From the NCBI GenBank assembly GCA_035691825.1, contig DASSIO010000060.1, positions 52,325 to 116,324 on the forward strand: a stretch of 64,000 nucleotides of DNA. Direction: 5' to 3'. Within the stretch, counting starts at the first letter, position 1. Each line of letters begins with the position of its first letter. The translations under genes and the position numbers were made by a program. Origin of the DNA: Terriglobales bacterium. GTDB lineage: Bacteria; Acidobacteriota; Terriglobia; Terriglobales; Acidobacteriaceae. A model generated the notes under the pieces. It saw only the letters and a list, made by a program, of their open reading frames with translations, searched no databases and had not been told where the DNA came from. Shown piece by piece: positions 18,989-28,972 of the stretch.

Positions 18989-20152
18989 TTATTCGGTATA
19001 AGGATTTCTTAAGTAGCCTTCCAATGCGAAATCCTCGCCAAAGCGATGCAAATTAAATGACTTAACATACGCGGCCTGCTTAATGTCGCGGAATCCGGGA
19101 CCTGCGGCGAAAGGGACCGACCCTGTCCCGGCCAAAATCTTGGGCGCATAGTAAAGAAAGACCTTGTCAACGACACCCGCGGCCAGTGCCGCCCAGTTCA
19201 CCATGGCGCCGCCTTCGATCAGAACACTGGTTATGTCCATTTCCCCCAAAAAGCTGACTACGCCAATCATATCCGGGCGGCCATCGCGCATGGGCGGTGA
19301 TATCTGTTCCACCTGAATTCCCAATGCTTGTAATGCCTGCTTCTTCTTCTCCTCGGCAAAAGAACAGAGCACAAGGACATCGTCCTTGGCAGTTTTTATG
19401 ACTCGAGAAGTGTGGGGAAGGCGCAGGTGTGAATCGACAATGAGGCGTAGCAAGGGGCGACGCCGGGAAAGGCCGCTACGGTCGGTCAGCAAGGGGTCAT
19501 CCGAGATGATGGTCCCGACTCCCACCAGAATGGCATCACTTTGGTGACGAAGTTCGTGAACGTGCCGGCGCGCCGGCTCGCTGGTGATCCATCCCCCGGA
19601 GGCAGCCCCCGAAGCCAAGGTTGTTGGAGCGGCACTGTCACCCGGTGGAGGAGCGATCTTGCCGTCCAACGTCATAGCGGCCTTGAGTGTAACCAGCGGT
19701 GTTTTGTGGCGAATGTATTTGGCAAAAGCTTCGTTCAGTCGACGAGCTTCATCCTCGAGGAGTCCGGATGCTACTTCGATGCCTGCCGAGCGCAATCGGG
19801 CGAACCCTCGTCCGGCCACCAGGGGATTGGGATCATCGATGCAGGCGACAACTCGGCGCACACCCGCGCGAATGAGAGCTTCCGCACAGGGACCGGTGCG
19901 GCCCTCGTGATTACAGGGCTCGAGATTGATGTAAAGAGTCGAACCGCTCGCTTTCTTTCCAGCTTCTTCAAGGGCCAGAACCTCGGCATGCTTCACTCCG
20001 TCGTAGGTGTATGTCCCTTGTCCAACTACGTTGCCGAGATCGTCGATGAGAAGCGCGCCAACGTAAGGATTCGGAGAAGTCAACCCGATGCCCGCACGCG
20101 CTAACTCCAATGCGCGCCGCAGAAACGCTAGATCTCGATCAGTGCAGTTCAT
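18989..20152 (-). CDS. ribD: Bifunctional riboflavin biosynthesis deaminase/reductase
   Basis: Deaminase zinc motifs HAEVLAL and PCNHEGRTGPC, followed by a RibD C-terminal reductase domain. Confidence 0.9.
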   Translation of the reverse strand: MNCTDRDLAFLRRALELARAGIGLTSPNPYVGALLIDDLGNVVGQGTYTYDGVKHAEVLALEEAGKKASGSTLYINLEPCNHEGRTGPCAEALIRAGVRRVVACIDDPNPLVAGRGFARLRSAGIEVASGLLEDEARRLNEAFAKYIRHKTPLVTLKAAMTLDGKIAPPPGDSAAPTTLASGAASGGWITSEPARRHVHELRHQSDAILVGVGTIISDDPLLTDRSGLSRRRPLLRLIVDSHLRLPHTSRVIKTAKDDVLVLCSFAEEKKKQALQALGIQVEQISPPMRDGRPDMIGVVSFLGEMDITSVLIEGGAMVNWAALAAGVVDKVFLYYAPKILAGTGSVPFAAGPGFRDIKQAAYVKSFNLHRFGEDFALEGYLRNPYTE

Positions 20153-20182
20153 TGTGGGAGCTGAACGGCTCGGCCCACTAAT

Positions 20183-20386
20183 CTACTTGCGAGGTGGGAA
20201 GAAGCCATCTTCTTCCTCCGGTTCTGCCACCGCTGCGGCGCCGCTGCGGTTCTTGGGGCCACGGCGAACGGGCGCAAAGCGATCGGCATATGGATCGCTG
20301 GGCTCGGGCTTGCCGCCGAACAAGCGCCGCAATCGATCTGCCAGCGCCTGGAACAACGACCGCCGAGTCTGCCTATCTGCAGCCAT
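20183..20386 (-). CDS. Hypothetical small basic/Pro-rich protein (67 aa)
   Basis: It fills the ftsY-ribD gap on the same strand, with GGAGGAG immediately upstream of the ATG. I recognise no motif. Confidence 0.3.
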   Translation of the reverse strand: MAADRQTRRSLFQALADRLRRLFGGKPEPSDPYADRFAPVRRGPKNRSGAAAVAEPEEEDGFFPPRK

Positions 20387-20409
20387 GAGCTCCTCCGAAC
20401 CTCGCAGTT

Positions 20410-21360
20410 TTACGAGAAGAGAGAATCGACGAATTGCTCGGAATCGAATGGGAGCAAGTCTGCGGGCTTCTCTCCCACCCCGACATAGCGTACCGGCACA
20501 CCTAATTCCCGCGTGATTGCTACTACCACGCCGCCCTTTGCGGTGCCATCCAACTTGGTCAGGACAATGCCCGTCACGCCAGCCGATTGCGTGAACAGCC
20601 TCGCCTGCTGCAATCCGTTTTGCCCTGTCGTGGCATCCATCACGAGCAGCGTTTCATGCGGCGCTCCCGGCACGATTCGCTGAGCAGTGCGCCTCATCTT
20701 CTCCAGTTCCGCCATAAGATTGGCTTTGGTATGAAGGCGTCCGGCGGTGTCCACGATCACATAGTCCGTTTTGCGTGCCGTGGCAGCCTGCAGTGCGTCG
20801 AACAACACCGCTGCCGGATCTCCGCCTGCCTTGGTCTTGATGACCTCAGTTCCGGTTCTCTGACCCCATACTTCGAGTTGCTCGATGGCGGCGGCACGGA
20901 AGGTGTCAGCAGCGCACAGTAGGACCGTCTTTCCATCGGAGCGGAGAACCTGCGCGAGCTTTCCGATCGTAGTGGTCTTGCCGGTGCCATTTACTCCAAC
21001 TACAAGGATGACCTCCGGACCGCTGTCAACTTTATTTACGGCGCGTGAGTTCCCTTTATCAAGAATCGCGAGCAATTCTTCCTTCAGCAGTCGCTTCAGT
21101 TCCTCAACATTGTTTATCTGCTTGCGGTCGGCCTTGTCGCGAAGGTTCTCGAGAACCTCGTGTGTGGTTGTGGTGCCCAGGTCAGCGCCGATGAGAGTGG
21201 CTTCGAGGTCATCCAAGGTGCCACGGTCGATTTCTTTGGAGAACGCTACGACTTCTTCAATCCTCTCGGTCAGGTTCTCGCGCGTGCGAGTAACCGCCTC
21301 TTTCATGCGCTCGAAGAAGCCGGGCTTCTGCTCCGTACTGCCAAAAAGGGTCTGAATCAT
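20410..21360 (-). CDS. ftsY: Signal recognition particle receptor
   Basis: SRP-GTPase NG domain: GVNGTGKTTTIGK, DTAGR, TKLDG. Start set to ATG 21360 (MIQTLFG...GFFERMK), with a TATAAT about 25 nt upstream. The ORF extends to 21441. Confidence 0.9.
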   Translation of the reverse strand: MIQTLFGSTEQKPGFFERMKEAVTRTRENLTERIEEVVAFSKEIDRGTLDDLEATLIGADLGTTTTHEVLENLRDKADRKQINNVEELKRLLKEELLAILDKGNSRAVNKVDSGPEVILVVGVNGTGKTTTIGKLAQVLRSDGKTVLLCAADTFRAAAIEQLEVWGQRTGTEVIKTKAGGDPAAVLFDALQAATARKTDYVIVDTAGRLHTKANLMAELEKMRRTAQRIVPGAPHETLLVMDATTGQNGLQQARLFTQSAGVTGIVLTKLDGTAKGGVVVAITRELGVPVRYVGVGEKPADLLPFDSEQFVDSLFS

Positions 21361-21504
21361 AAGAACCGAGGATTTCCGAGCTTCAATTATACCGGGCAGC
21401 AGTGGTCCGCCCGCGTCTGGAGCGGAAAGGAAAATCGGCATCGGGCAAAAATCGAGTGTCTATAAAGAATGCGTGCCTTAAGCGGGTCACAGGCTGGGCC
21501 GGAC

Positions 21505-23355
21505 TTAGACTGTTCCGCTATCGACTCCGAGGACATCGGTTTGCGGGTGGGCAGTAGAGGAGGCGGGAACCTGAGCAGTTGTCATGCTGCGAGCGGGGCT
21601 AGCGGCCTGGGCTGACGCAACCGCAGCCTTGATCACGCGTTGAATTCGTATATCCCCACGTTCGAATACGGCTGTCAAGGCGGCAACACACTGCGCGTCG
21701 AGACGCTTGTCAATAAGAGAATGGATGATACCCAAAGCCTCAAGTGGATCGTGTGCGGACTGGTATGGCCGGTTCGTGGTTACAGCATCGAACGTGTCCG
21801 CCACAGCTATGATTCGCGCCAGCATTGGAATCTGGTCGCCTCTTAACCCATAGGGATAGCCGCGACCGTCCAGGGCCTCATGATGCAGCTCGATTCCCGG
21901 CAGCATCTCGCGCAGCTGCTTTACCGGTCGCAGGATGTTGGCGCCCTTGGTGGTATGGGTCTTCATGACCTCGAATTCTTCCGGCGTCAAAGCACCCGGT
22001 TTCTTCAAGATTCGGTCTTCAATGCCAATTTTGCCGACGTCGTGCAGCAGCGCTGAGATGCGCAGGGTTTCGATGAAGTGATCGGGCATGTTCAGTTCTT
22101 TTGCGATCAGAACTGAATATCGCGTGACTCGATCGGAATGACCCTTGGTGTACGGATCCTTTTCGTCGACTGCGCCGGCCAGCATCTGAATCGAGCCCAT
22201 GAACAGGGCGCGGTTTTCTTCCGCCGCGCGTTTCAAGTCGAGCACGAACTGCTCGAGTTCCTGAGACATGACATTGAACGTCTCAGCTAGTTCGCCGATC
22301 TCGGTGCGACTCTTCAGGTGAACCCGCTGGCTGAAATCGCCGCGAGCGATAGCCCGGCTGGATTCGGTGAGGACTTCAAGGGGATTAGTTATCCGCCTGG
22401 CTACGAAAACGCTGAGACCCATGCTCAAGGCGACGGCAATCAGCGCCAGTACACGCGCGGTCCGCTGCATTTCGTAGACCCCACGATAGGCCTCGTGCTG
22501 GGGCTTTTGGACGACGACGGCCCACTCGAGCGCGGTAACTGGACTGTAGGTCCCCAGCATGCCGGTTTTCTTGCGGCCATCAAGAACATTAAATTCCTTG
22601 GTGGCAGCAAACTGCGCACGCCCGCCTTGCTCCACAAAATTCTTGACGATCTCGATCTTCGACATGTCCTGGCCAGTGGCGTACTCGGGGGATGCGCCCG
22701 CGACCAGACGGCCTTGGCTGTCCACGACGTACGGCATCAGACCGCCGCGATTCACCTCCTGCATGCGTTTGATCAGAAATTGCAGATCCTCAACCGCGCC
22801 GATCATGCCCAGAAAACGTCCGCCGTACATGATGGGATTGCTCACCAGGATGACTGTGCGGCTGTCCTTGCCGGAACCGACCATCAGCGCCTGCCCGCTG
22901 TACAGCCGGCCTTCACTGGATGCCGAGTAGGCACGTTCCAATTCGCGTTGCAGGAAAGCGTCTGGCGCAATCCGGCCGGCGGAAATTCCCTTTGCTTCGG
23001 AATTCAGCAGCGTCGCGTAAGCAATGTCATCGGACGAGGAGACGAAATTCTCCAATAAGGCACGAAGTTCGGGAGCGGAAATGTTCTTGGAACTGATGTC
23101 GCCGCCGCTGGCAATTTCAATGGATGAGGACAGGTTGTTCAGCGCCATGCGCAACGAATCTTGATGTTGCGCGATATCATCCGCGAGGGAGCGCGTAACC
23201 GTGTTCTGCAGCAGCATTTCATTGGTTTTCAGCCGGTCACGGTTGATCGATTCCACCTGCGCCGAATAAAAATACAGCGGCACGGCGCTGATGCCGACGA
23301 GGACACCGAGGATTACATACAAAATGGGAATGCGCGCTGGCAGTGGCAATTTCAA
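21505..23355 (-). CDS. HD-GYP c-di-GMP phosphodiesterase with Cache-like sensor and HAMP domain
   Basis: TM helix, about 270 aa of extracytoplasmic region, second TM helix, then HAMP. HD-GYP motifs HDVGK and HHEALDGRGYPYG. TTG start. Confidence 0.85.
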   Translation of the reverse strand: MKLPLPARIPILYVILGVLVGISAVPLYFYSAQVESINRDRLKTNEMLLQNTVTRSLADDIAQHQDSLRMALNNLSSSIEIASGGDISSKNISAPELRALLENFVSSSDDIAYATLLNSEAKGISAGRIAPDAFLQRELERAYSASSEGRLYSGQALMVGSGKDSRTVILVSNPIMYGGRFLGMIGAVEDLQFLIKRMQEVNRGGLMPYVVDSQGRLVAGASPEYATGQDMSKIEIVKNFVEQGGRAQFAATKEFNVLDGRKKTGMLGTYSPVTALEWAVVVQKPQHEAYRGVYEMQRTARVLALIAVALSMGLSVFVARRITNPLEVLTESSRAIARGDFSQRVHLKSRTEIGELAETFNVMSQELEQFVLDLKRAAEENRALFMGSIQMLAGAVDEKDPYTKGHSDRVTRYSVLIAKELNMPDHFIETLRISALLHDVGKIGIEDRILKKPGALTPEEFEVMKTHTTKGANILRPVKQLREMLPGIELHHEALDGRGYPYGLRGDQIPMLARIIAVADTFDAVTTNRPYQSAHDPLEALGIIHSLIDKRLDAQCVAALTAVFERGDIRIQRVIKAAVASAQAASPARSMTTAQVPASSTAHPQTDVLGVDSGTV

Positions 23356-23536
23356 ACGAGTAAAGTAACCCCTGCGACCGCAGACGGAGCGGTAGTTTTT
23401 ACCGATTTCTTTGGAATTGTACTGTGAAGTGGTCCGCTAGGACTGCAAATGGCTGGCTCGTTGCGTTACGAAAGTACCGTCGCCAATGTGACGGCAGGAT
23501 CAGCAGCGTCAGAGTTTGCATAACGAAATCAATCGG

Positions 23537-23878
23537 ATGGGAGCAGCGATGAGCGGATCGCTCTACGATTGGGGCTATTTGGTTATATGGGAATTCCAAG
23601 CACGGCCGGAAACCGTTGCCGCTTTTGTTCAGGCGTACGGGCCAAGCGGTGACTGGGTTAAATTATTCAGAGGAGCGTATGGATACCTCGGAACTGAGCT
23701 GGTGCGAGACGTCAATAGCCCACAGCGATTCATCACCATAGATTTCTGGTCGTCGCGGCAAGATTACGACGAATTCCGCATTCAGCATGGGGTGGAATAT
23801 AAGCGCATCGATGAAAAATGCGCGCAGCTTACGCTTGCCGAGAGGCTTGTGGGCGAATTTGAGCCCGCAGTCAAATAA
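23537..23878 (+). CDS. Small ABM/Dabb-fold-like protein
   Basis: YLVIWEF...FITIDFWSSRQDYDEF is reminiscent of the antibiotic-biosynthesis-monooxygenase fold. The start is ambiguous (TTG 23516, ATG 23537 or ATG 23549). Confidence 0.45.
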   Translation: MGAAMSGSLYDWGYLVIWEFQARPETVAAFVQAYGPSGDWVKLFRGAYGYLGTELVRDVNSPQRFITIDFWSSRQDYDEFRIQHGVEYKRIDEKCAQLTLAERLVGEFEPAVK

Positions 23879-23887
23879 TGGCTAGCT

Positions 23888-25264
23888 TTATTTCTCCCTG
23901 GAGAAATCTGCGACCCCAACCTCGATGAAGCTCCCGGTCTTCATAGTCTTGTCCACATCACTTTTCACGGGTGGAGCCGCCGGGACTCTCGCCCAAGTAC
24001 CATAGACGCGGCCGCCCAGGGCTGCTATGCCGTTGTAGTCGCCGATGAATCTTGCGTCCGGGTCAAAGGGTTGCGAGTCCCACGCATAGTTTCTGAAGGT
24101 CTTGCCGCCATCCGTGGAGCGAGCCAGAATAGGTGTTATTTTCCGATTTTCCGGGTCGCCCCGGCGGTCATAAAAAATAACGTTTGCGGACCCATCGAGC
24201 GGGTCTACAGCAAGCCATTGGAAAAACTGATCTGCCCCATTGTGGAGCGCATCGGAGTTGATACGCAACGCTGGTGACCAATGCTTACCGCGATCCGTTG
24301 ATGTGGAGGAAAAAACATCGATGTCGCCATTGCGATAGTCAGCCCAGGTGACAAATAAGCGGTTCGAACGAGGATCGATCCCGATCTGTGGGAACCCGTT
24401 CCCCCGGTCTACGTTTTGCAACGCGAAGTAAGATGGAGCCGTTTTCAAGATCGCGCGCGAACGGGAGAAGCTTCGTCCGCCGTCGCGCGAACTGGCAAAT
24501 GCTATCTCGGAGCCGTCCGCCCATACTGCATACAAAGTACCGTCTGTTCCCACCGCACCCGTGAAGCCTTCAACAGCACCGGTGTCGTCGCGCGGCAGGC
24601 CCTCGTGGCTGCTGATCTCGATAGGTTTTGACCAGGTTAGGCCTCCATCGGTCGAGCGCGAAAAGATCAGAATGGATTTCTGCAGGGAAAACTGCGTCCA
24701 GCCGACGTAAAGATTCCCAGCGAAGCGGGATTGGGTGGCGTCCGCAACTATGTATGGCTTGTCTTCGAAAGGAATGCCCGGCTCGGTGTTATGTGCGAGT
24801 ACCGGTGAGGCTTGCTTGTCCCAGGTTTTGCCCCCGTCGAGCGATCTACGCACGAACACACCATTGCGAGTGGCGTTGTGCGCCCAGTAGTTCTGTGTCC
24901 CCAGCTTGTCAAAGGCTATATAGCAGAGGTATGCGCGTCCCCGTTTGTCATAGGTGACCGAGACATCGCCCGAAACTCGATAGTCGCTGGGAGCCGTGCC
25001 CTCCGCGATCGTCCAACTCTGGCCGGCATCGGTCGAGTAGGCTATCGACGCGGTGACCTGAAACGCGGTGACCAGCTGTTGTGGATTGCTGGGGTTCACT
25101 GCGATCGCAGGTTCATTGAAGAAACCGGCTTCAGGGTTGATGCGAATCACCTTTGAACCGGGAGCGGCCGGCAAGGTCTCGTCATTGTTTGTTTGACCAG
25201 CAAAGGACAGCAGGGCGGAACAGGCAAGCAAAAGCAGGATGATGAATTGGCTTCTGACGGTCAT
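23888..25264 (-). CDS. Secreted BNR/Asp-box repeat protein (sialidase-fold glycosidase-like)
   Basis: Signal peptide and six SxDxGxTW-type Asp boxes: STDAGQSW, SLDGGKTW, STDGGLTW, SRDGGRSF, STDRGKHW, STDGGKTF. Confidence 0.75.
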   Translation of the reverse strand: MTVRSQFIILLLLACSALLSFAGQTNNDETLPAAPGSKVIRINPEAGFFNEPAIAVNPSNPQQLVTAFQVTASIAYSTDAGQSWTIAEGTAPSDYRVSGDVSVTYDKRGRAYLCYIAFDKLGTQNYWAHNATRNGVFVRRSLDGGKTWDKQASPVLAHNTEPGIPFEDKPYIVADATQSRFAGNLYVGWTQFSLQKSILIFSRSTDGGLTWSKPIEISSHEGLPRDDTGAVEGFTGAVGTDGTLYAVWADGSEIAFASSRDGGRSFSRSRAILKTAPSYFALQNVDRGNGFPQIGIDPRSNRLFVTWADYRNGDIDVFSSTSTDRGKHWSPALRINSDALHNGADQFFQWLAVDPLDGSANVIFYDRRGDPENRKITPILARSTDGGKTFRNYAWDSQPFDPDARFIGDYNGIAALGGRVYGTWARVPAAPPVKSDVDKTMKTGSFIEVGVADFSREK

Positions 25265-25276
25265 GTAACGGCGGCC

Positions 25277-26305
25277 TCACTTTCCTGCCATAACACTGGT
25301 CTCGCTCTTTCCACTGCGAGTCATGAGCTCGTAAATAGCGTCGCGGGGCGGCTTGCCTTTTTGCAAGATAAGCTCCATCTGGTCCGTGATCGGCATCTCG
25401 ATACCGTGTTTGCGTGCCAACCCCACGGCTGCAGTGGTCGTAAGTACACCTTCCGCAACCATGCCGTGCATGCCGGCAATGATCTCGACGAGCTTCTTCC
25501 CCCGTCCCAACTCCACCCCTACACTGCGATTGCGTGAAAGTTCACCCGTACACGTGAGGACGAGGTCCCCCAATCCCGCCAACCCTGCCATGGTTTCCCG
25601 GCGGCCTCCGCAAGCTACAACCAGCCTTGTGATTTCCGCAAGCCCGCGCGTGATCAGTGCGGCGACAGAATTGTGTCCTAAGCCGAGCCCGTCACAAACG
25701 CCCGCAGCGATAGCGATGATGTTCTTGAGCGCTCCGCCAAGCTCGACTCCAACCACATCGTCGTTGGTATACACACGAAAAGATGGATCACTAAATTCCT
25801 GTTGCACCACCTGTGTGAGTTTCGCATCTGTAGCCGCAATGGTGATCGCGGTAGGATCACCGCGTGCGACTTCTTTAGCGAAAGATGGCCCACTTAACGC
25901 TCCCACCTGCGGCAGGAATCCGCACTGCCTTGCTGTGACCTCTTGAATCACCTCGGTCATACGCGACAGTGTGCCCTGTTCGAGTCCCTTCGTCGCACTG
26001 ACGATCCTCGATTCGGACGTGAGCAATCGGGCTACGCTTTCAAACAACTGGCGGCAGTGATGCGAAGGCATCACGCTGACCACGATTTCAGCGGACTCGA
26101 GCGCTACCTCCAGACTATTCGTGCACATCACGGATTCAGGCAGAACGTAGCCGGGAAGGAATGCTTGGTTGATCCGGGTTGCAGCGATCGACTCCGCCAC
26201 CTGCTTCTCGTGAGCCCAGAGGCGAATTTGGTGTATGCCTTTGCGGCCTAACACGATGGATAGGCTGGTACCCCAGGCGCCCGCTCCGATGACTGCAATT
26301 CTCAT
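25277..26305 (-). CDS. gpsA: NAD(P)H-dependent glycerol-3-phosphate dehydrogenase
   Basis: N-terminal IGAGAWGT Rossmann motif and a full-length GpsA-like sequence. Confidence 0.9.
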   Translation of the reverse strand: MRIAVIGAGAWGTSLSIVLGRKGIHQIRLWAHEKQVAESIAATRINQAFLPGYVLPESVMCTNSLEVALESAEIVVSVMPSHHCRQLFESVARLLTSESRIVSATKGLEQGTLSRMTEVIQEVTARQCGFLPQVGALSGPSFAKEVARGDPTAITIAATDAKLTQVVQQEFSDPSFRVYTNDDVVGVELGGALKNIIAIAAGVCDGLGLGHNSVAALITRGLAEITRLVVACGGRRETMAGLAGLGDLVLTCTGELSRNRSVGVELGRGKKLVEIIAGMHGMVAEGVLTTTAAVGLARKHGIEMPITDQMELILQKGKPPRDAIYELMTRSGKSETSVMAGK

Positions 26306-26919
26306 CCACGCCTCAGGGAAAAGCGGTTTTCCGTGCCAGCGAGCAATCTGCGGATATTGTCGTGGTGCTTGAGGACAATGAGCACGGAAGCAAGAATCAT
26401 GAAAATAAGAACGGCGGGCGTGAGGTGATCCCGGTCAAAACCCCATGCCAGTACTGGTAACAGGGCCACTACCATTACGGATGCCAGCGAGACATAGCGA
26501 AATGCCAGGAAAATTCCCGCGAAGGCAGCGATCATGACCAAAATCGATTTTGGAGCTATCAGTACGAACGAACCTAAGCCGGTCGCCACCCCTTTGCCGC
26601 CACGAAATCTTAGCCAGACAGGGAATATGTGCCCCAAAATTGCGCACAGGGCTGCCAATGCCGAGAGCACAGCTGGTTGTACTGGGGATCGAGGAGTGAT
26701 TAGATAACGGACCAATGCCACGGACACAAACCCTTTCGTAGCATCCAGCAGGAGGGTCGCGATACCCAAGGCGGGCGAGGTGCGCGCAACGTTTGTCGCG
26801 CCGATATTTCCACTACCGCTTTCGCGAATGTCAGCGCCGCGAAATCTGTGTACCAGCAGATATCCGAATGGTACGGACCCAAGCAGGTAACTCAACGTAA
26901 TGGTAAGCAGAATTGTCAT
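26302..26919 (-). CDS. plsY: Glycerol-3-phosphate acyltransferase
   Basis: SGNIGATN motif and multi-TM topology. 4-nt overlap with gpsA. Confidence 0.9.
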   Translation of the reverse strand: MTILLTITLSYLLGSVPFGYLLVHRFRGADIRESGSGNIGATNVARTSPALGIATLLLDATKGFVSVALVRYLITPRSPVQPAVLSALAALCAILGHIFPVWLRFRGGKGVATGLGSFVLIAPKSILVMIAAFAGIFLAFRYVSLASVMVVALLPVLAWGFDRDHLTPAVLIFMILASVLIVLKHHDNIRRLLAGTENRFSLRRG

Positions 26920-26978
26920 TTCTCAGGTCAACGTTGTTCACGTGCGGGAAAGCTAAAGCACAAGATTCTTGTCCGGTA

Positions 26979-27560
26979 CTACAAGAGCGCAAAACTCCTG
27001 AGCTTCGAGTATTTCGTGCCACCCGGCGAAAGCGTGCTCTCAAAAAGATGAAATTCGTGGGATGTCATGGTACCAAATTCGGGAGCCGGCATGGAGGCCA
27101 GCTTTTCTTGCAAGCGACTGAATTTCAAGGTTGGCGCGTCTTCCTTTTTCCAGCGCGGCGATCCGGAGTTGCCGCGCGCCAGCGTCAAATGGGGGCTGAA
27201 CGCATGTTCTTCCTTCGGAATGCCGAGCTGATGCATCGAAGTATCGATCGATGCCGCAAGAGTTGCGAGTTCCTGCCCGGATTGAATGCCGACCCAGAAG
27301 ACACGCGCCGCTTTCGTGGTAGGAAAGAAGCCGTACCCGGCAAACGCAAGCTCAAGCCTCGTTCCAGAGACTGTCGCAAGCGCCTGGTTGATTTTTTCCA
27401 CCCCTTGCACGGGCTGTTCGCCGATGAACTTCAAAGTAACATGCAGGGACTCAGGTCGGACCCAGCGCGCGTCGGGCGCGAAACCTCGTATGCCGTCCAT
27501 GAAGCGCTCTAGGCGCTCACGAATGGAATTCTCAATGTCTAATGCGATGAACAGGCGCAC
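26979..27560 (-). CDS. thpR: RNA 2',3'-cyclic phosphodiesterase (2H phosphoesterase)
   Basis: Two HxT motifs (HVTLKF and HLTLAR). Confidence 0.85.
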   Translation of the reverse strand: MRLFIALDIENSIRERLERFMDGIRGFAPDARWVRPESLHVTLKFIGEQPVQGVEKINQALATVSGTRLELAFAGYGFFPTTKAARVFWVGIQSGQELATLAASIDTSMHQLGIPKEEHAFSPHLTLARGNSGSPRWKKEDAPTLKFSRLQEKLASMPAPEFGTMTSHEFHLFESTLSPGGTKYSKLRSFALL

Positions 27561-27636
27561 AGTCGTTAGTCTTCGATGCCCGAACCAAGGACAAAATCAG
27601 AGCAGCTACAAGCCCATGACCAGCGGGTAATCACCA

Positions 27637-28881
27637 TCACATCAATTTCCTTCGCACCATGTCGAGCGCCTGTTGCGTCGCAAACCAGCGAATTCTCTTA
27701 CGGTCTCCGGGATAGCTGCGCTCGACGACTTCTGTACCAGTATCACTGGCCAACGCATGAAAAACCAAGCCTACCGGCTTTTCGGGCGTTCCACCGGTAG
27801 GGCCCGCGACGCCAGTGATTCCGAGGCCGAGCGTGGCTTTGCAGCGCTGGCGGATGCCTTCCGCCAGCGCCACCGCAACCAGCCGGCTCACAGCGCCGTA
27901 CTTTCTGATCAGTTCCTCCGGCACATTGGCGAGATCTGTCTTCAACTGATTCGAGTAAACCACCGCGCCACCCGAAAAATATCGTGAGCTGCCACTCACC
28001 GATGTGATTCTCTCGGCCAACAAGCCGCCGGTGCACGATTCCGCGACGGCTAGCGTCGAATTGCGCATCTGCAGGTAATAGCCGACGATCTGTTCGAGGG
28101 GCTCTCCCTGGCTGGAAAAAAGCGAATCTCCCAGTTCGTCCTCCAGTTCTCCAGCCAATGAATCGACTCGCTCTTGTGCAGTTTCGAGCGAATCCGCGCG
28201 GCACTTCAAATGCAACTGAATCTCGCCGGCCCCAGCAAGAATCGTCGTCTCCACGTCGGCATAGCGTTTGTAGATTGGCGAGACCCTTGCATCACACTGC
28301 GATTCCGGCATCATCGCGATCTTTAGGACGCGAGTCGCGATAAACGCCTGCGGGAGCTTTGCCTTAAGGCGCTCAATGCATTGCTCTTCGAACACTCGCT
28401 TCAACTCGTGGGGCGGGCCCGGCAAAAGGATCACGATCTTCTCACGGCCATCGTACTTGCCCGAGATCCACTGGCCGGGAGCTGTTCCCAGCGAATTTGG
28501 CAAAACCGTTGCGCCGGAAATAATGTCCGCCTGTTTAGCGTTGTTGGGCGACATCTTAAGATTGCGGGCGGCGAAACGCTTTTCCAAGCTCTCTAGAATC
28601 TCTTCATTCCGGTGCAGGTCGAGTCCAAGTGCGTCGGCAATCGCTTCCCGGGTTAGATCGTCTTCCGTAGGTCCGAGTCCACCCATGAAGATGATGAGAT
28701 CGGAGCGTAACAGGGCTATGTCGGCAATCGAGCGCAGCCGGTTGCGGTCGTCTCCGGCGATTGTCTTGACTGCGACACTGACGCCAAGCTGGTTAAGCTT
28801 TTCGGTCAGATAGAGGGAATTTGTGTCCTGACGAAACGGGGTCAGCAGCTCCGAGCCAACCGCTACTATCTCAGCATTCAC
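27637..28881 (-). CDS. cinA: CinA-family competence/damage-inducible protein (NMN amidohydrolase domain)
   Basis: N-terminal MoCF-like domain (FMGGLGPTEDDLT) and C-terminal PncC domain (AVAESCTGGL). Confidence 0.85.
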   Translation of the reverse strand: MNAEIVAVGSELLTPFRQDTNSLYLTEKLNQLGVSVAVKTIAGDDRNRLRSIADIALLRSDLIIFMGGLGPTEDDLTREAIADALGLDLHRNEEILESLEKRFAARNLKMSPNNAKQADIISGATVLPNSLGTAPGQWISGKYDGREKIVILLPGPPHELKRVFEEQCIERLKAKLPQAFIATRVLKIAMMPESQCDARVSPIYKRYADVETTILAGAGEIQLHLKCRADSLETAQERVDSLAGELEDELGDSLFSSQGEPLEQIVGYYLQMRNSTLAVAESCTGGLLAERITSVSGSSRYFSGGAVVYSNQLKTDLANVPEELIRKYGAVSRLVAVALAEGIRQRCKATLGLGITGVAGPTGGTPEKPVGLVFHALASDTGTEVVERSYPGDRKRIRWFATQQALDMVRRKLM

Positions 28882-28972
28882 GCTGAAAGTGTAAATGAAT
28901 CGGTGAACAACGCCTACGTCAGGAAGGGCAGTAAAACTCTCGTGAAGTGGGATGGAAACCGGCGTGTTACGG

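Noticed and set aside
22318-23058. Long ORFs antisense to well-supported genes. Examples: 22318-23058, 49143-49784, 56234-57007, 58559-59221, 62063-62662, 51689-52261, 53644-54195, 34665-35186, 30934-31407 and 19541-20104.
   Set aside because: Each lies wholly inside a gene with clear family motifs on the other strand. Their products are Arg/Ala/Gly/Pro-rich with no motifs, which is the usual shadow-ORF artefact of GC-rich DNA.
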